Origin: Tepidisphaeraceae bacterium
GTDB lineage: Bacteria; Planctomycetota; Phycisphaerae; Tepidisphaerales; Tepidisphaeraceae
Reading direction: 5' to 3'
Length of the DNA: 45,012 nucleotides
NCBI GenBank assembly: GCA_050018415.1
Contig: JBEKAB010000033.1
Location: forward strand, 1 to 45,012
Program-made: the position numbers and the translations under genes
Shown here: in pieces, positions 1-8,476 of the stretch
Position numbering within the stretch: position 1 is the stretch's first letter
How the letters are laid out: every line of letters begins with the position of its first letter
Notes under the pieces: model-generated
The model's input: the letters and a program-made list of their open reading frames with translations, nothing else
The model's database searches: none
What the model was told of the DNA's origin: nothing

Positions 1-29
1 CAATCTCCGCTCGCGTCTCCACCGCCTCG

Positions 30-1679
30 TCACAGGCTCGCACAATCCGTTGTCGAAGATCCAGAGAGTAGGCTTCCATGCCAAACCTCCGGTACTCCAG
101 TGTACACTGACCTGAAATACGCTCTAGTCACCGGCGGCTGGAGGCGCGTGGCGCGGCCGGCGCGGTCTGTCAATTGGGCTGTTGTGGGCCAGACGATCCC
201 CAGCCACAGCACCGCCAGCATCGAAATGCCGACGGAAATCAGAACGGGAATGGGATGGCGCGCCATCTGCTGCGGCGATGAAGCGGAGGCTGATCGGACC
301 GCCGGTTCGCTGCGCAGGAATAACGCGGCGACGATTTTCAAGTAATACGCCGCGCTGATGGCCGCATTGGCCACGATGAAAATCACCAGCCAGTACATCC
401 CCGCCGAAAACGCGGGCAGGATCAGGTAAAGCTTGCCGAAAAATCCGACCGTCAAGGGCAAACCGATCAGACTGAAGCAACTGACTGCCATGGCCAAGCC
501 GAGGGTCAGGTGTTTTCGTCCCAGGCCGGCCAGGTCCTCGAACGTTTCAGCGCTGGTGGCGGCCATTTTCTGCCGGCTAGGCAGCAGGATCAGCACGCCG
601 AAGGCCGCGACGGTCATCAAGCCGTAAGCGGCCAGGTAAAACAGGACGCCGCGTAGAGCGGCGGTTTGGAGGTCGGGCTTGGCCGTGGCGATCAGGGCGG
701 TCACGCCGGCCAGCATGTAGCCGCTGTGAGCCACCGAGCTGTAGGCCAGAACGCGCTTGATGTTCAGCACCTGCACCAGGGCCAGAACGTTGCCGATGGT
801 CATGGTGAGCACCGCCAGGACCCACAGCAGCTTGATCAACTGCGGCGAAGCCTGCCAGGCGCCGCCCGTGACCGCGTAAAGAATCTTCAGCAGGGCCACG
901 AAACCGCTGGTCTTGGGCACGAAACTCAAGAAAGCGGTCACGGGCGTGGCGGCGCCCTGGTACACGTCGCCGACGTACACGTGCAGGGGCACCACCGCCA
1001 TCTTGAACGCAAAACCTCCGATCAGCATCACCACCGCCAAGAGCTGCCAGGAATTGAGTTCGCCGCGCGGGCCAACCATCGTTTGCATCTGATCCAGCTT
1101 GGTGGTGCCGGTGGTTCCGTACAGGTAGCTGAAGCCAAAGAGCATGAGGGCGGCGGCCATCGCGCCCAGGAAGAAATATTTCACGCCCGCTTCCTGCGCC
1201 ACGGCCAGCGGACGGGAAATGCTGACCATGATGTAGGTCGGGATGCTGACCAGCTCGATGCCCAGAAACAGGAGCATGATGTCGTTGGCGCCGGCGACGA
1301 TGAAAACACCGGCGATGGACAGAAGCATCAGGGCGAAGAACTCGCCGGCGTCGGCGCCCCAGTCGCTGGCCGGCCCACCGGTACCCTGGGGGTCATCCGG
1401 CCAAGCGAGCATGACCAGCAGCACGCCGATCGCCGCGGTCAGCAACTTGATGTAACGGGCAAATTCGTAGACCTGCACGGTATGCCAATGATCGGCCATC
1501 GGCTGGTTGGCGCCGGCGATGGTCAGTTGCGAAAACCCGGCGATCAGCAGCGCCGCCACGGCCAGGACGGGAGCCAGCCGGCGCGTCGCCGGCTTATTCG
1601 ACATCCCCATCAAAAACAACACGGTGGCCACCGCACACAGCACGATCTCCGGCAGCATGGCATGGATCAGCAGTCTCAT
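30..1679 (-). CDS. nuoN: NADH-quinone oxidoreductase subunit N (complex I antiporter-like subunit)
   Basis: Polytopic membrane protein with a NuoN/ND2-type N-terminus (MLPEIVLCAVATVLFLMG...) in the canonical position after nuoM. The start was placed at the ATG that overlaps the nuoM stop (ATGA), not at the upstream end of the 601-aa ORF. High GC3. Confidence 0.82.
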   Translation of the reverse strand: MRLLIHAMLPEIVLCAVATVLFLMGMSNKPATRRLAPVLAVAALLIAGFSQLTIAGANQPMADHWHTVQVYEFARYIKLLTAAIGVLLVMLAWPDDPQGTGGPASDWGADAGEFFALMLLSIAGVFIVAGANDIMLLFLGIELVSIPTYIMVSISRPLAVAQEAGVKYFFLGAMAAALMLFGFSYLYGTTGTTKLDQMQTMVGPRGELNSWQLLAVVMLIGGFAFKMAVVPLHVYVGDVYQGAATPVTAFLSFVPKTSGFVALLKILYAVTGGAWQASPQLIKLLWVLAVLTMTIGNVLALVQVLNIKRVLAYSSVAHSGYMLAGVTALIATAKPDLQTAALRGVLFYLAAYGLMTVAAFGVLILLPSRQKMAATSAETFEDLAGLGRKHLTLGLAMAVSCFSLIGLPLTVGFFGKLYLILPAFSAGMYWLVIFIVANAAISAAYYLKIVAALFLRSEPAVRSASASSPQQMARHPIPVLISVGISMLAVLWLGIVWPTTAQLTDRAGRATRLQPPVTRAYFRSVYTGVPEVWHGSLLSGSSTTDCASL

Positions 1680-3274
1680 GGCGCCTCGCTGGCGGGGTGA
1701 ACGTGCCGCGATGCCCGGACGAACATGGTGCGGGGGGCGGGGGTGGTGTGCTTCGCGGATAACAGCGGCTGCTGCATCGACCGCACCGCGCCGTTCATCG
1801 ACCGCAATACTGGCGACGGGTAAACGCCCAGCCAAACCACCGCGATGGCCAAGGGCAGCAGAATCCCGATTTCGCGGCCGCCGATGTCCCCGGGGCCGCT
1901 TTCGTCGACGGCCGTGACATTGTCCTCATGCAATACCGGCACCTTCAGCGGCCCGAAGATCACGCACGCCACCATGTGCAGCATGTACAGCGCCCCCAGG
2001 ATGACGCCCACGGCCGCAAACGCTCCGAACCACACGCCCAGGTGCTCCGAAGTGAAGGCGCCCAGGATCGTCAGGAATTCGCTGACGAAGCCGTTGAGTC
2101 CCGGCAGGCCGATGCTGGACAGGGAAAACAGCACGAAGAAAAACGCCAGGATGGGCATCTTCCGGGCCAGGCCCGAAAGCTGGTCGATCTCGCGCGTGTG
2201 GTAGCGGTCGTAGATCATGCCCACGACCAGGAACATCGCGCCGGTGCTCAGGCCGTGATTCACCATGTAGAGCACGGAGCCCTCGATGCCGTGCATGTTC
2301 AGCGCCAGCAATCCCAGGACGCAGAAACCCAGGTGGGAAACGGAGCTGTAGGCGACCAGTTTTTTGATGTCCCGCTGCACCCAGGCGACCAGGGCGGCGT
2401 AGATGACGCCGACGACGCAGAGGATGCCGATCACGCGCAGGGCGTGCGGGAAGGCCACGCCGCTGGCGGCCTCGATCATGCCGATGGGCACCGCCAGGCG
2501 AAGCAAACCATAGGTGCCCAGCTTCAGCAGCACGCCGGCCAGGATCACGCTGCCGGCGGTGGGCGCTTCGGTGTGCGCCAGCGGCAACCACGTGTGAACC
2601 GGGAACAGGGGCACTTTCACCGCGAATCCGGCCAGCAGCGCCAGCAGAACCCAATACCGCTGCGTCGAGGTCAAATCGTTTTGTGCAAAGGTGATGATCT
2701 GGCGGATGTCAAAGGTGCCGGCGTGCAGGCCCAGGTAGATCGCGCCGGCCAGGGTGAAGATGGATCCGGCGAAGGTGAAGAGGAAGAATTTTCCCGCCGC
2801 GTAACGCCGCTCGGGGCCGCCCCAGACGCCAATGATGAAAAACATCGGAATCAGCGTCAGCTCGAAAAAGACGTAAAACAGCAAAAGGTCCCGAGCGACA
2901 AAAACCCCCAGCATCGCGGCCAGCAGCAGCAGCATCCAGGCGTAATACTCGCGGGCGCGGTCCTGAATGCTCTGGAAACTGGCGGCCACCGATAGCGGCG
3001 TCAGCAGTACCGTCAGCAGGACCAGCCATAGCGCGATGGCGTCGATGCCCAGCGAGAAGGATGCGCCGATCTGGGGCAGGGCAAAGCCGTCGAAGTTGAA
3101 CTGCATGAGCGCCCCGCCGTAGTGAAAGCGGCAAGCCATGGCGACGGCGACGGCCAGCGTCGCCAGGCTGACCAGCAGCGCCCAAAAACGCGACGCCGCC
3201 GCGGGCAACAGCGCCCCCACCAGCGCGCCCGCCGCCGGAATCAGAAGCAACCAAACTGGCAACACGGATTCCAT
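1676..3274 (-). CDS. nuoM: NADH-quinone oxidoreductase subunit M
   Basis: About 530-aa antiporter-like membrane protein (MESVLPVWLLLIPAAGALVG...) between nuoL and nuoN. Start taken at ATG 3274, 12 nt after the nuoL stop. The stop overlaps the nuoN start. Confidence 0.82.
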   Translation of the reverse strand: MESVLPVWLLLIPAAGALVGALLPAAASRFWALLVSLATLAVAVAMACRFHYGGALMQFNFDGFALPQIGASFSLGIDAIALWLVLLTVLLTPLSVAASFQSIQDRAREYYAWMLLLLAAMLGVFVARDLLLFYVFFELTLIPMFFIIGVWGGPERRYAAGKFFLFTFAGSIFTLAGAIYLGLHAGTFDIRQIITFAQNDLTSTQRYWVLLALLAGFAVKVPLFPVHTWLPLAHTEAPTAGSVILAGVLLKLGTYGLLRLAVPIGMIEAASGVAFPHALRVIGILCVVGVIYAALVAWVQRDIKKLVAYSSVSHLGFCVLGLLALNMHGIEGSVLYMVNHGLSTGAMFLVVGMIYDRYHTREIDQLSGLARKMPILAFFFVLFSLSSIGLPGLNGFVSEFLTILGAFTSEHLGVWFGAFAAVGVILGALYMLHMVACVIFGPLKVPVLHEDNVTAVDESGPGDIGGREIGILLPLAIAVVWLGVYPSPVLRSMNGAVRSMQQPLLSAKHTTPAPRTMFVRASRHVHPASEAP

Positions 3275-3286
3275 CCGCGATCCCAA

Positions 3287-5272
3287 TTACGTGACGAAGA
3301 TCATCAGCAGGATGACGGCCATGCCCAACAGCATGACGGCGGCGTAACCCTGCAAATAGCCGCGCTGCGTGGACAACTTCATGGCAAACCCGCCCAGTTG
3401 CGGCACCAGACCGACCAGCGCCACCAGACCATCCAGCACCAGTTGATCGATCAGGAAAAATACCTCGCCAAGCTGTCGCAGCGGCTCGACCACGAACATC
3501 TGGTAGATCTCATCCACCCAATACTTGGCATCCAGCACCCGCGTGAGCGGACCCAGGGCGGCGGCCAAGCGGTCGCTGCGGGCGCGATCGGCCAGGTGCA
3601 ACCAATAGGCCAGGGCTATTCCCGCGAGCGAGATCAGGGCGCTCATGCCCATGATCGGGGTGAACAGCGGCTCGCTGCCCGGCTCGGCGGCGGGGGCGCC
3701 GGCCGTCGCCACGGCAATCGACGGACTGGCCGCCAGAAAGTCGCCCAGGCCGGACTTGGGCCAGTTCAAAAATCCGGCCAGGATGGCGCCCTCCGCCAGC
3801 AAAGCCAGGGGCAGCATCAGGATCAGCGATTCGTGGCTGTGCTTCCGGTGTTGGTGCGCGGGATCGTGCCCGGCGTGCTCTTGGGCCGGCGGCGGCTGTG
3901 GAATCACCAGCGGACCCTGGAACACGCGAAAATAGAGGCGGAACGTGTAGTACGCCGTCAAAAATGCCGTCAGCAGCAGGATGCCGCCCAGGATCGGGCT
4001 CTGGCGCAGGGCGGCGGCGATGATCTCGTCCTTGGAGAAAAACCCACTGACGAACGGAAAGCCGGACAAGGCCAGGCAGCCCACGAGAATAAAGAGATTC
4101 GTCCACGGCAGGACTCTTTTCACGCCGGACATTTTTCGCATGTCCAGTTCGCCCGCCATCGCGTGCATGACCACGCCACAGCAGAGGAACAACAGCGCCT
4201 TGAAAAAGGCGTGCGTCACCAGGTGGAACATTCCGGCCACCGGCGCCAGCACGCCCACGGCGGTGAACATGTAGCCCAATTGGCTGATGGTGCTGTAGGC
4301 CAAGACCCGTTTCAGATCGAATTGACGCAGGGCGATGGTGGCGCCCAAAAGCGCGGTGAAGGCGCCGACGGCGGCGACGGTCAGCATCGCCGCCTGATTG
4401 CCCACAAACAACGCGCTGCAGCGCGCGATCATGTAGACGCCGGCGGTGACCATGGTGGCCGCGTGGATCAGGGCCGAGACCGGCGTGGGTCCTTCCATCG
4501 CATCCGGCAGCCAAACGTACAGAGGGAATTGCGCCGATTTGCCGAACGCGCCCAGCATCAAAAGGAACGGGATGTACCTCATCGCCGCGGCCTGCTGGGC
4601 GGTGGGATTCAGGGCCATCTCCAGCACCCCCCCGCCGTCGCCGCCGAAGTAGCTGACGGTGTGGAAAACCTTCCAGATCAGCATGACCCCCAGCCCAAAG
4701 CCGAAGTCGCCGATGCGGTTGACCAAGAACGCCTTCTTGGCCGCCTCACGGGCCGCAGGGCGCTGGTAGTAATACCCGATCAGCAAATACGAGCAGAGCC
4801 CCACGCCTTCCCAGCCCAGATAGAGCAGGAGAAAATTGTTGGCCATGACCAGCGTGGTCATGGTGAAAATGAACAAGCCCATGTAGGCGAAGAAGCGGTA
4901 ATAGCCCGCCTCGCCCTTCATGTAGCCGGCGGAAAAGACGATGATCAGGAACCCGACGCCGGTCACCACCGCCAGCATGACGGCACTGAGGGGATCGAAG
5001 AAAAACCCGGCCGTGGCCTTGAACTGGCCGGCCTCGATCCAGGTGTAAAAGTCCTTCGTCGCCCAAAGCTGGCTCTGCCCGGTCCGCCACAATGAGATCA
5101 TGTGAACCAGAAGCGACAGGCAGAGCACGGCGCTGGCGCCCACGCCCAGCCAGATCGGCCAATGCGATCTTCCGCGGAGGATCCTGGCTCCGAACAATCC
5201 GGCGATGGCCGCGCCCGCCAGCGGCAGCAGCGGAATCAGGTACGAGTATTTGACGGCGAACAGTGCGTCCAT
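3287..5272 (-). CDS. nuoL: NADH-quinone oxidoreductase subunit L
   Basis: 661-aa antiporter-like subunit. The N-terminus MDALFAVKYSYLIPLLPLAGAAIAGLFG is typical of NuoL/ND5, and a long C-terminal region fits the NuoL lateral helix. Sits between nuoK and nuoM. Confidence 0.88.
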   Translation of the reverse strand: MDALFAVKYSYLIPLLPLAGAAIAGLFGARILRGRSHWPIWLGVGASAVLCLSLLVHMISLWRTGQSQLWATKDFYTWIEAGQFKATAGFFFDPLSAVMLAVVTGVGFLIIVFSAGYMKGEAGYYRFFAYMGLFIFTMTTLVMANNFLLLYLGWEGVGLCSYLLIGYYYQRPAAREAAKKAFLVNRIGDFGFGLGVMLIWKVFHTVSYFGGDGGGVLEMALNPTAQQAAAMRYIPFLLMLGAFGKSAQFPLYVWLPDAMEGPTPVSALIHAATMVTAGVYMIARCSALFVGNQAAMLTVAAVGAFTALLGATIALRQFDLKRVLAYSTISQLGYMFTAVGVLAPVAGMFHLVTHAFFKALLFLCCGVVMHAMAGELDMRKMSGVKRVLPWTNLFILVGCLALSGFPFVSGFFSKDEIIAAALRQSPILGGILLLTAFLTAYYTFRLYFRVFQGPLVIPQPPPAQEHAGHDPAHQHRKHSHESLILMLPLALLAEGAILAGFLNWPKSGLGDFLAASPSIAVATAGAPAAEPGSEPLFTPIMGMSALISLAGIALAYWLHLADRARSDRLAAALGPLTRVLDAKYWVDEIYQMFVVEPLRQLGEVFFLIDQLVLDGLVALVGLVPQLGGFAMKLSTQRGYLQGYAAVMLLGMAVILLMIFVT

Positions 5273-5299
5273 TTTTCGTCGACCGGCCCAAGCCGATTT

Positions 5300-5608
5300 T
5301 CACCCCTTGAGTTCGCGCCAGGCATCGGCATCCAGCGTGTTTTTCTGGCGGAACAGCAGCACCACCAGGCCCAGGGCCAGCGAGGCCTCGGCCGCGGCGA
5401 TCACCAGCAGGAAAATCACGAACGTCTGCCCGGCCAGGTTGCCCACAAACCGGCTGAACGCGATCAGGTTGATCGCCACCGCCTGGAACATCAGTTCCGT
5501 GCAGAGGAACATGACGATCAGGTTCCGCCGGGTGATGAAGCCGATCAGGCCGATCACGAACATGATCCCGCCAACCGCCAGATAATGTTGCAGGGCCAGG
5601 GTGCTCAT
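5300..5608 (-). CDS. nuoK: NADH-quinone oxidoreductase subunit K
   Basis: 102-aa membrane protein with three TM helices. MSTLALQHYLAVGGIMFVIGLIGF... matches NuoK/ND4L. Its start overlaps the nuoJ stop (TGATG). Confidence 0.88.
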   Translation of the reverse strand: MSTLALQHYLAVGGIMFVIGLIGFITRRNLIVMFLCTELMFQAVAINLIAFSRFVGNLAGQTFVIFLLVIAAAEASLALGLVVLLFRQKNTLDADAWRELKG

Positions 5609-6552
5609 CAGGTTTCCGGAAACGCCTTTTGGGCGGGGTTGGTGGTGCCGTAAACGGGAATACTGTGCGGATCGTCGCTCAGGGGCGTTAAGGCGGCGGT
5701 GATGGTTTCGGAGCTGGGCTCGAAGGCATCCTCGACGCTTGGCACGCGCCGCCGGGCGATGATGATGGCGCCGACCATGGCGACGGTCAGAATCAGGCCC
5801 GCCAGCTCCAGATTGACCAATTGGTCCGTGAACAGATACGCCCCCAGCGCCTGGGTCGAACCGTGGATGGATTCAGCATCGGGGGCGGCGACAGCGGCGG
5901 CGGGCACGGCGGCGGGGGACGGTGGCGGCGCGATTTGCCCGGCCTTGTCGAAAATCAGAAACAACAGCACGCCCATGAGGGCAAATCCGATGCAGGCGGC
6001 GACCAAAGGCTCGCGGCTGACGACGTCGCATTCGGTCAGTCCGGCCAAGCCGCCGCCCAAGGCCGTTTGGCTCTGGCTTTGCGCCGACGCGGCCAGCATG
6101 ATCACGAAAACATAAGTCACCAGGATGGCGCCGGCATAAATCAGCACGAGGGCCGCGGCCATGAATTCGGCGTACATCAGCACGAACAAGCCCGCGCTGG
6201 CAAAAACGGTCAGGACAAAATAAAGGGCTGAATAGACCGGCCGAGGGTGCGTGATCACCCGCATCGCCCCGGCCAGGGCGATGGCCGAGAAAATCCAGAA
6301 ATAAGGACCCGTACCGGAAACGTCCTGTCCGGCAGCCGTTTTGACCAGCAGAGCCGCCAGGATCAGTCCGGCGGCGAGCAAAAGGGCGCCGCCCAGCTTG
6401 CGCTGGCCCGGCTGCCGACGCGAGGGAAGCAGCAGGATCGTCCCGACGCCCGCCACCACGCACAAAACCAGGATCGCCAGGGGCGCGATTACCGCACCGT
6501 CGGCCAGCAACAGGGGCATCGGCGGCAGCGACGTGGATTGGATGCCGAGCAT
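5608..6552 (-). CDS. nuoJ: NADH-quinone oxidoreductase subunit J, with an N-terminal 2-TM extension and an internal insertion
   Basis: Contains the NuoJ/ND6 core (MRVITHPRPVYSALYFVL...LIYAGAILVTYVFVIML) and a C-terminal LELAGLILTVAMVGAIIIARRR helix. The protein is about 315 aa against roughly 170-200 aa in typical NuoJ proteins. The start is uncertain: ATG 6552 or ATG 6519. The TTG at 6651 is unlikely because of its low-GC3 codons. Confidence 0.68.
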   Translation of the reverse strand: MLGIQSTSLPPMPLLLADGAVIAPLAILVLCVVAGVGTILLLPSRRQPGQRKLGGALLLAAGLILAALLVKTAAGQDVSGTGPYFWIFSAIALAGAMRVITHPRPVYSALYFVLTVFASAGLFVLMYAEFMAAALVLIYAGAILVTYVFVIMLAASAQSQSQTALGGGLAGLTECDVVSREPLVAACIGFALMGVLLFLIFDKAGQIAPPPSPAAVPAAAVAAPDAESIHGSTQALGAYLFTDQLVNLELAGLILTVAMVGAIIIARRRVPSVEDAFEPSSETITAALTPLSDDPHSIPVYGTTNPAQKAFPET

Positions 6553-6734
6553 GGGACCGTTCGGATCGGCTGGGCACGGCTCCCTTAAGCCGCGATCTTG
6601 TGGCACGCCGATGAGGCCGCAGAGTCTATGAACCGCAGGATTTGTTTGCAAGCCACGCCCGTTGGCCTACCACGCCCCCGGATATCCGATGCGCCACTCC
6701 AAAATTGTCCGATTTTTGTGCTTAGCCTGAAGTT

Positions 6735-7271
6735 ATGGTTAAGATGGCGCGGATGAGTGGCATGTTTTCTCTGCGGGACTTGCCCAAGTACGAGGCCATC
6801 CGACAGCGCGTCAGCCGCTATCCCGATGTCCATCCGGCAGCGGTGGAAACCTTTCTGGTTCTGTTGCGCGTCGCCAGCGACGTGCTGGTGGGCCTGGAAA
6901 CACACCTTGGCCGGCGCGAAATCTCCCAGGGGCGGTTCAACGTGCTGATGGTCCTGAACCGTGAGCCGTCGGTGGGGCTGGCGCCTTCGGATCTGGCGGT
7001 GCGATGCGGGGTGACGCGGGCAACGATGACCGGCTTGCTTAACGGGTTGGAACGGGATGGTCTGATCACGCGGCAGCCCGACGCCCAGGACCGCCGCATG
7101 ACCACCTGCTGCCTGACGCCAAAGGGCACCGCCTATCTGGACACGATCCTGCCGGAATTCTACGGCCGCATCGATCAATTGATGGGCCAGTTGACCGAAG
7201 AGGAAAAGCTGCTTTTGGAAAAGCTGCTTTGGAAAGTGAACGAGGGGATCACGGCCTTGACGCGAACCTAA
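6735..7271 (+). CDS. MarR-family transcriptional regulator
   Basis: 178-aa protein with a winged helix-turn-helix region (LAPSDLAVRCGVTRATMTGLLNGLERDGLITRQPDAQDRR), characteristic of MarR/SlyA. Its end overlaps the convergent downstream gene by 4 nt. Confidence 0.75.
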   Translation: MVKMARMSGMFSLRDLPKYEAIRQRVSRYPDVHPAAVETFLVLLRVASDVLVGLETHLGRREISQGRFNVLMVLNREPSVGLAPSDLAVRCGVTRATMTGLLNGLERDGLITRQPDAQDRRMTTCCLTPKGTAYLDTILPEFYGRIDQLMGQLTEEEKLLLEKLLWKVNEGITALTRT

Positions 7272-7633
7272 CGCCCTAGGCTCGTGGGGGATGCACGAAA
7301 TCGCCGCAGATCGACTTTCCAACCGGCAATAGCAACGCCCTCGGCGCGCAGCAATCGCCGCTTGGCAGCCAGCCCGCCGGCATAGCCGACCAGCCGGCCA
7401 TCGCTTCCCACCACCCGATGACAGGGAATTCGCGGCGCGTACGGATTACGATGCAGTGCGTTACCGACGGCGCGGCAGCCGGTACCCAGCCGCCCGGCCA
7501 GATCGCCGTAGGTCGCCACCCGCCCCCGGGGAATCCGTGCCGCCAACGCCCAAACCTTCTGATGGAACGACATCCCCGGCGTTATTCGACCACCATGGAT
7601 TTGTGCGATAAATCGATTATCTTTATCGAACAT
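7268..7633 (-). CDS. MGMT-family protein (Ogt/Ada C-terminal DNA-binding domain only, YbaZ/ATL-like)
   Basis: 121-aa protein with the PCHRV motif (IPCHRVVGSDGRLVGY) and a helix-turn-helix of O6-alkylguanine-DNA alkyltransferase. No N-terminal domain is present. It could be an active minimal Ogt or an alkyltransferase-like protein. Confidence 0.72.
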   Translation of the reverse strand: MFDKDNRFIAQIHGGRITPGMSFHQKVWALAARIPRGRVATYGDLAGRLGTGCRAVGNALHRNPYAPRIPCHRVVGSDGRLVGYAGGLAAKRRLLRAEGVAIAGWKVDLRRFRASPTSLGR

Positions 7634-7726
7634 GAAACCTCCTTCGGCAGTATATTAGGAGTTTGCCGGAATCGTCCACTGTCCGCTTTGACCAAATAGA
7701 ATCAGCGTGCAGGAATCGACCGCTTC

Positions 7727-8368
7727 ATGAGTACCATCCGCGCCGAAATCACCGATGCCCAAAGGCCCCAGCCGACAACTGAGCCGGAAGGCCAAGCCCC
7801 CAACGTGCTGCCGATCGGCGCGCATATCCCGCCCGGGCTCTTGTCCCGCTGGTACGACAAGTTCGAGCAGTTCGTCAGCCGCCTGTCCGTGCGGGACAAC
7901 TTCTGGCATCGCATCTGCTCGCTGATCTGGCTGCCGTACGCGTTTTTCAGCGGCATCAAGATGAAGGCGATCAATACCAGCACCGCCGCGATCCTTCCCT
8001 TTCGGCGCTTCAACCGCAACTGGTACCGGGCCATGGCCGGCGGGGCGCTGCTGGCCAACAGCGAAATCGCCGGGGGAATGTACCTGTTCGGCATCTGCGG
8101 CGGCGATTACACCGTGGTGTGCAAACACCTGGAATATACGTTCCTGCGTCCGTGCTTCGGCCCGGCTCTTTACAAAATGACGCCCCGCGAAAACGTCCAG
8201 CAACTCCTGGTCGCCGGGCAGGAGTTCAACATCACCCTCGATCTGGAGATCCTGCAACAAGTCGCCACCCCCGGCGAACGCGACAAGCGCGTCGGCCGCT
8301 GCGAAGCGACCTTCCACGTCACGCCTAAAAGCCAAGTCAAAGCCAGACAGGCAAGAAGGAAAAATTAG
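7727..8368 (+). CDS. hypothetical protein (possibly hot-dog/DUF4442-like thioesterase fold; assignment is a guess)
   Basis: 213-aa ORF with strong GC3 bias. The antisense 226-aa ORF is judged spurious. There is no clear catalytic motif. It is followed immediately by a long hairpin. Confidence 0.45.
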   Translation: MSTIRAEITDAQRPQPTTEPEGQAPNVLPIGAHIPPGLLSRWYDKFEQFVSRLSVRDNFWHRICSLIWLPYAFFSGIKMKAINTSTAAILPFRRFNRNWYRAMAGGALLANSEIAGGMYLFGICGGDYTVVCKHLEYTFLRPCFGPALYKMTPRENVQQLLVAGQEFNITLDLEILQQVATPGERDKRVGRCEATFHVTPKSQVKARQARRKN

Positions 8369-8453
8369 TTGCTGGTTGCTGGTTGCGAGTTGCTAGCCAA
8401 GCGCCAATGGGCAAGCTGACGTTTCTAGCAACCAGCAACTAGCAACTAGCAAC
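8368..8453 (+). terminator. long imperfect palindrome built from inverted GTTGCTR heptamer repeats (about 30-bp stem, 27-nt loop); probable intrinsic terminator or structured element
   Basis: Left arm gttgctggttgctggttgcgagttgctagc (8368-8397), right arm ctagcaaccagcaactagcaactagcaac (8425-8453). 26 of 30 positions are complementary, and two of the mismatches are G-U compatible. It starts at the stop codon of the upstream gene and is followed by a U-rich stretch (cttcttcccgataatttcc). Confidence 0.55.
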
Positions 8454-8476
8454 TTCTTCCCGATAATTTCCTACGC

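Noticed and set aside
666-5095. Long plus-strand ORFs (666..1700, 1928..2995, 3122..5095; 344-657 aa) antisense to the nuo genes
   Set aside because: Arg/Gly/His/Gln-rich translations typical of reverse-frame reading of GC-rich coding DNA. The opposite strand encodes well-conserved NuoL/M/N.
7655-8335. 226-aa minus-strand ORF antisense to 7727..8368
   Set aside because: Weaker codon bias than the plus-strand frame. The plus-strand ORF ends exactly at the big hairpin, consistent with a terminator.
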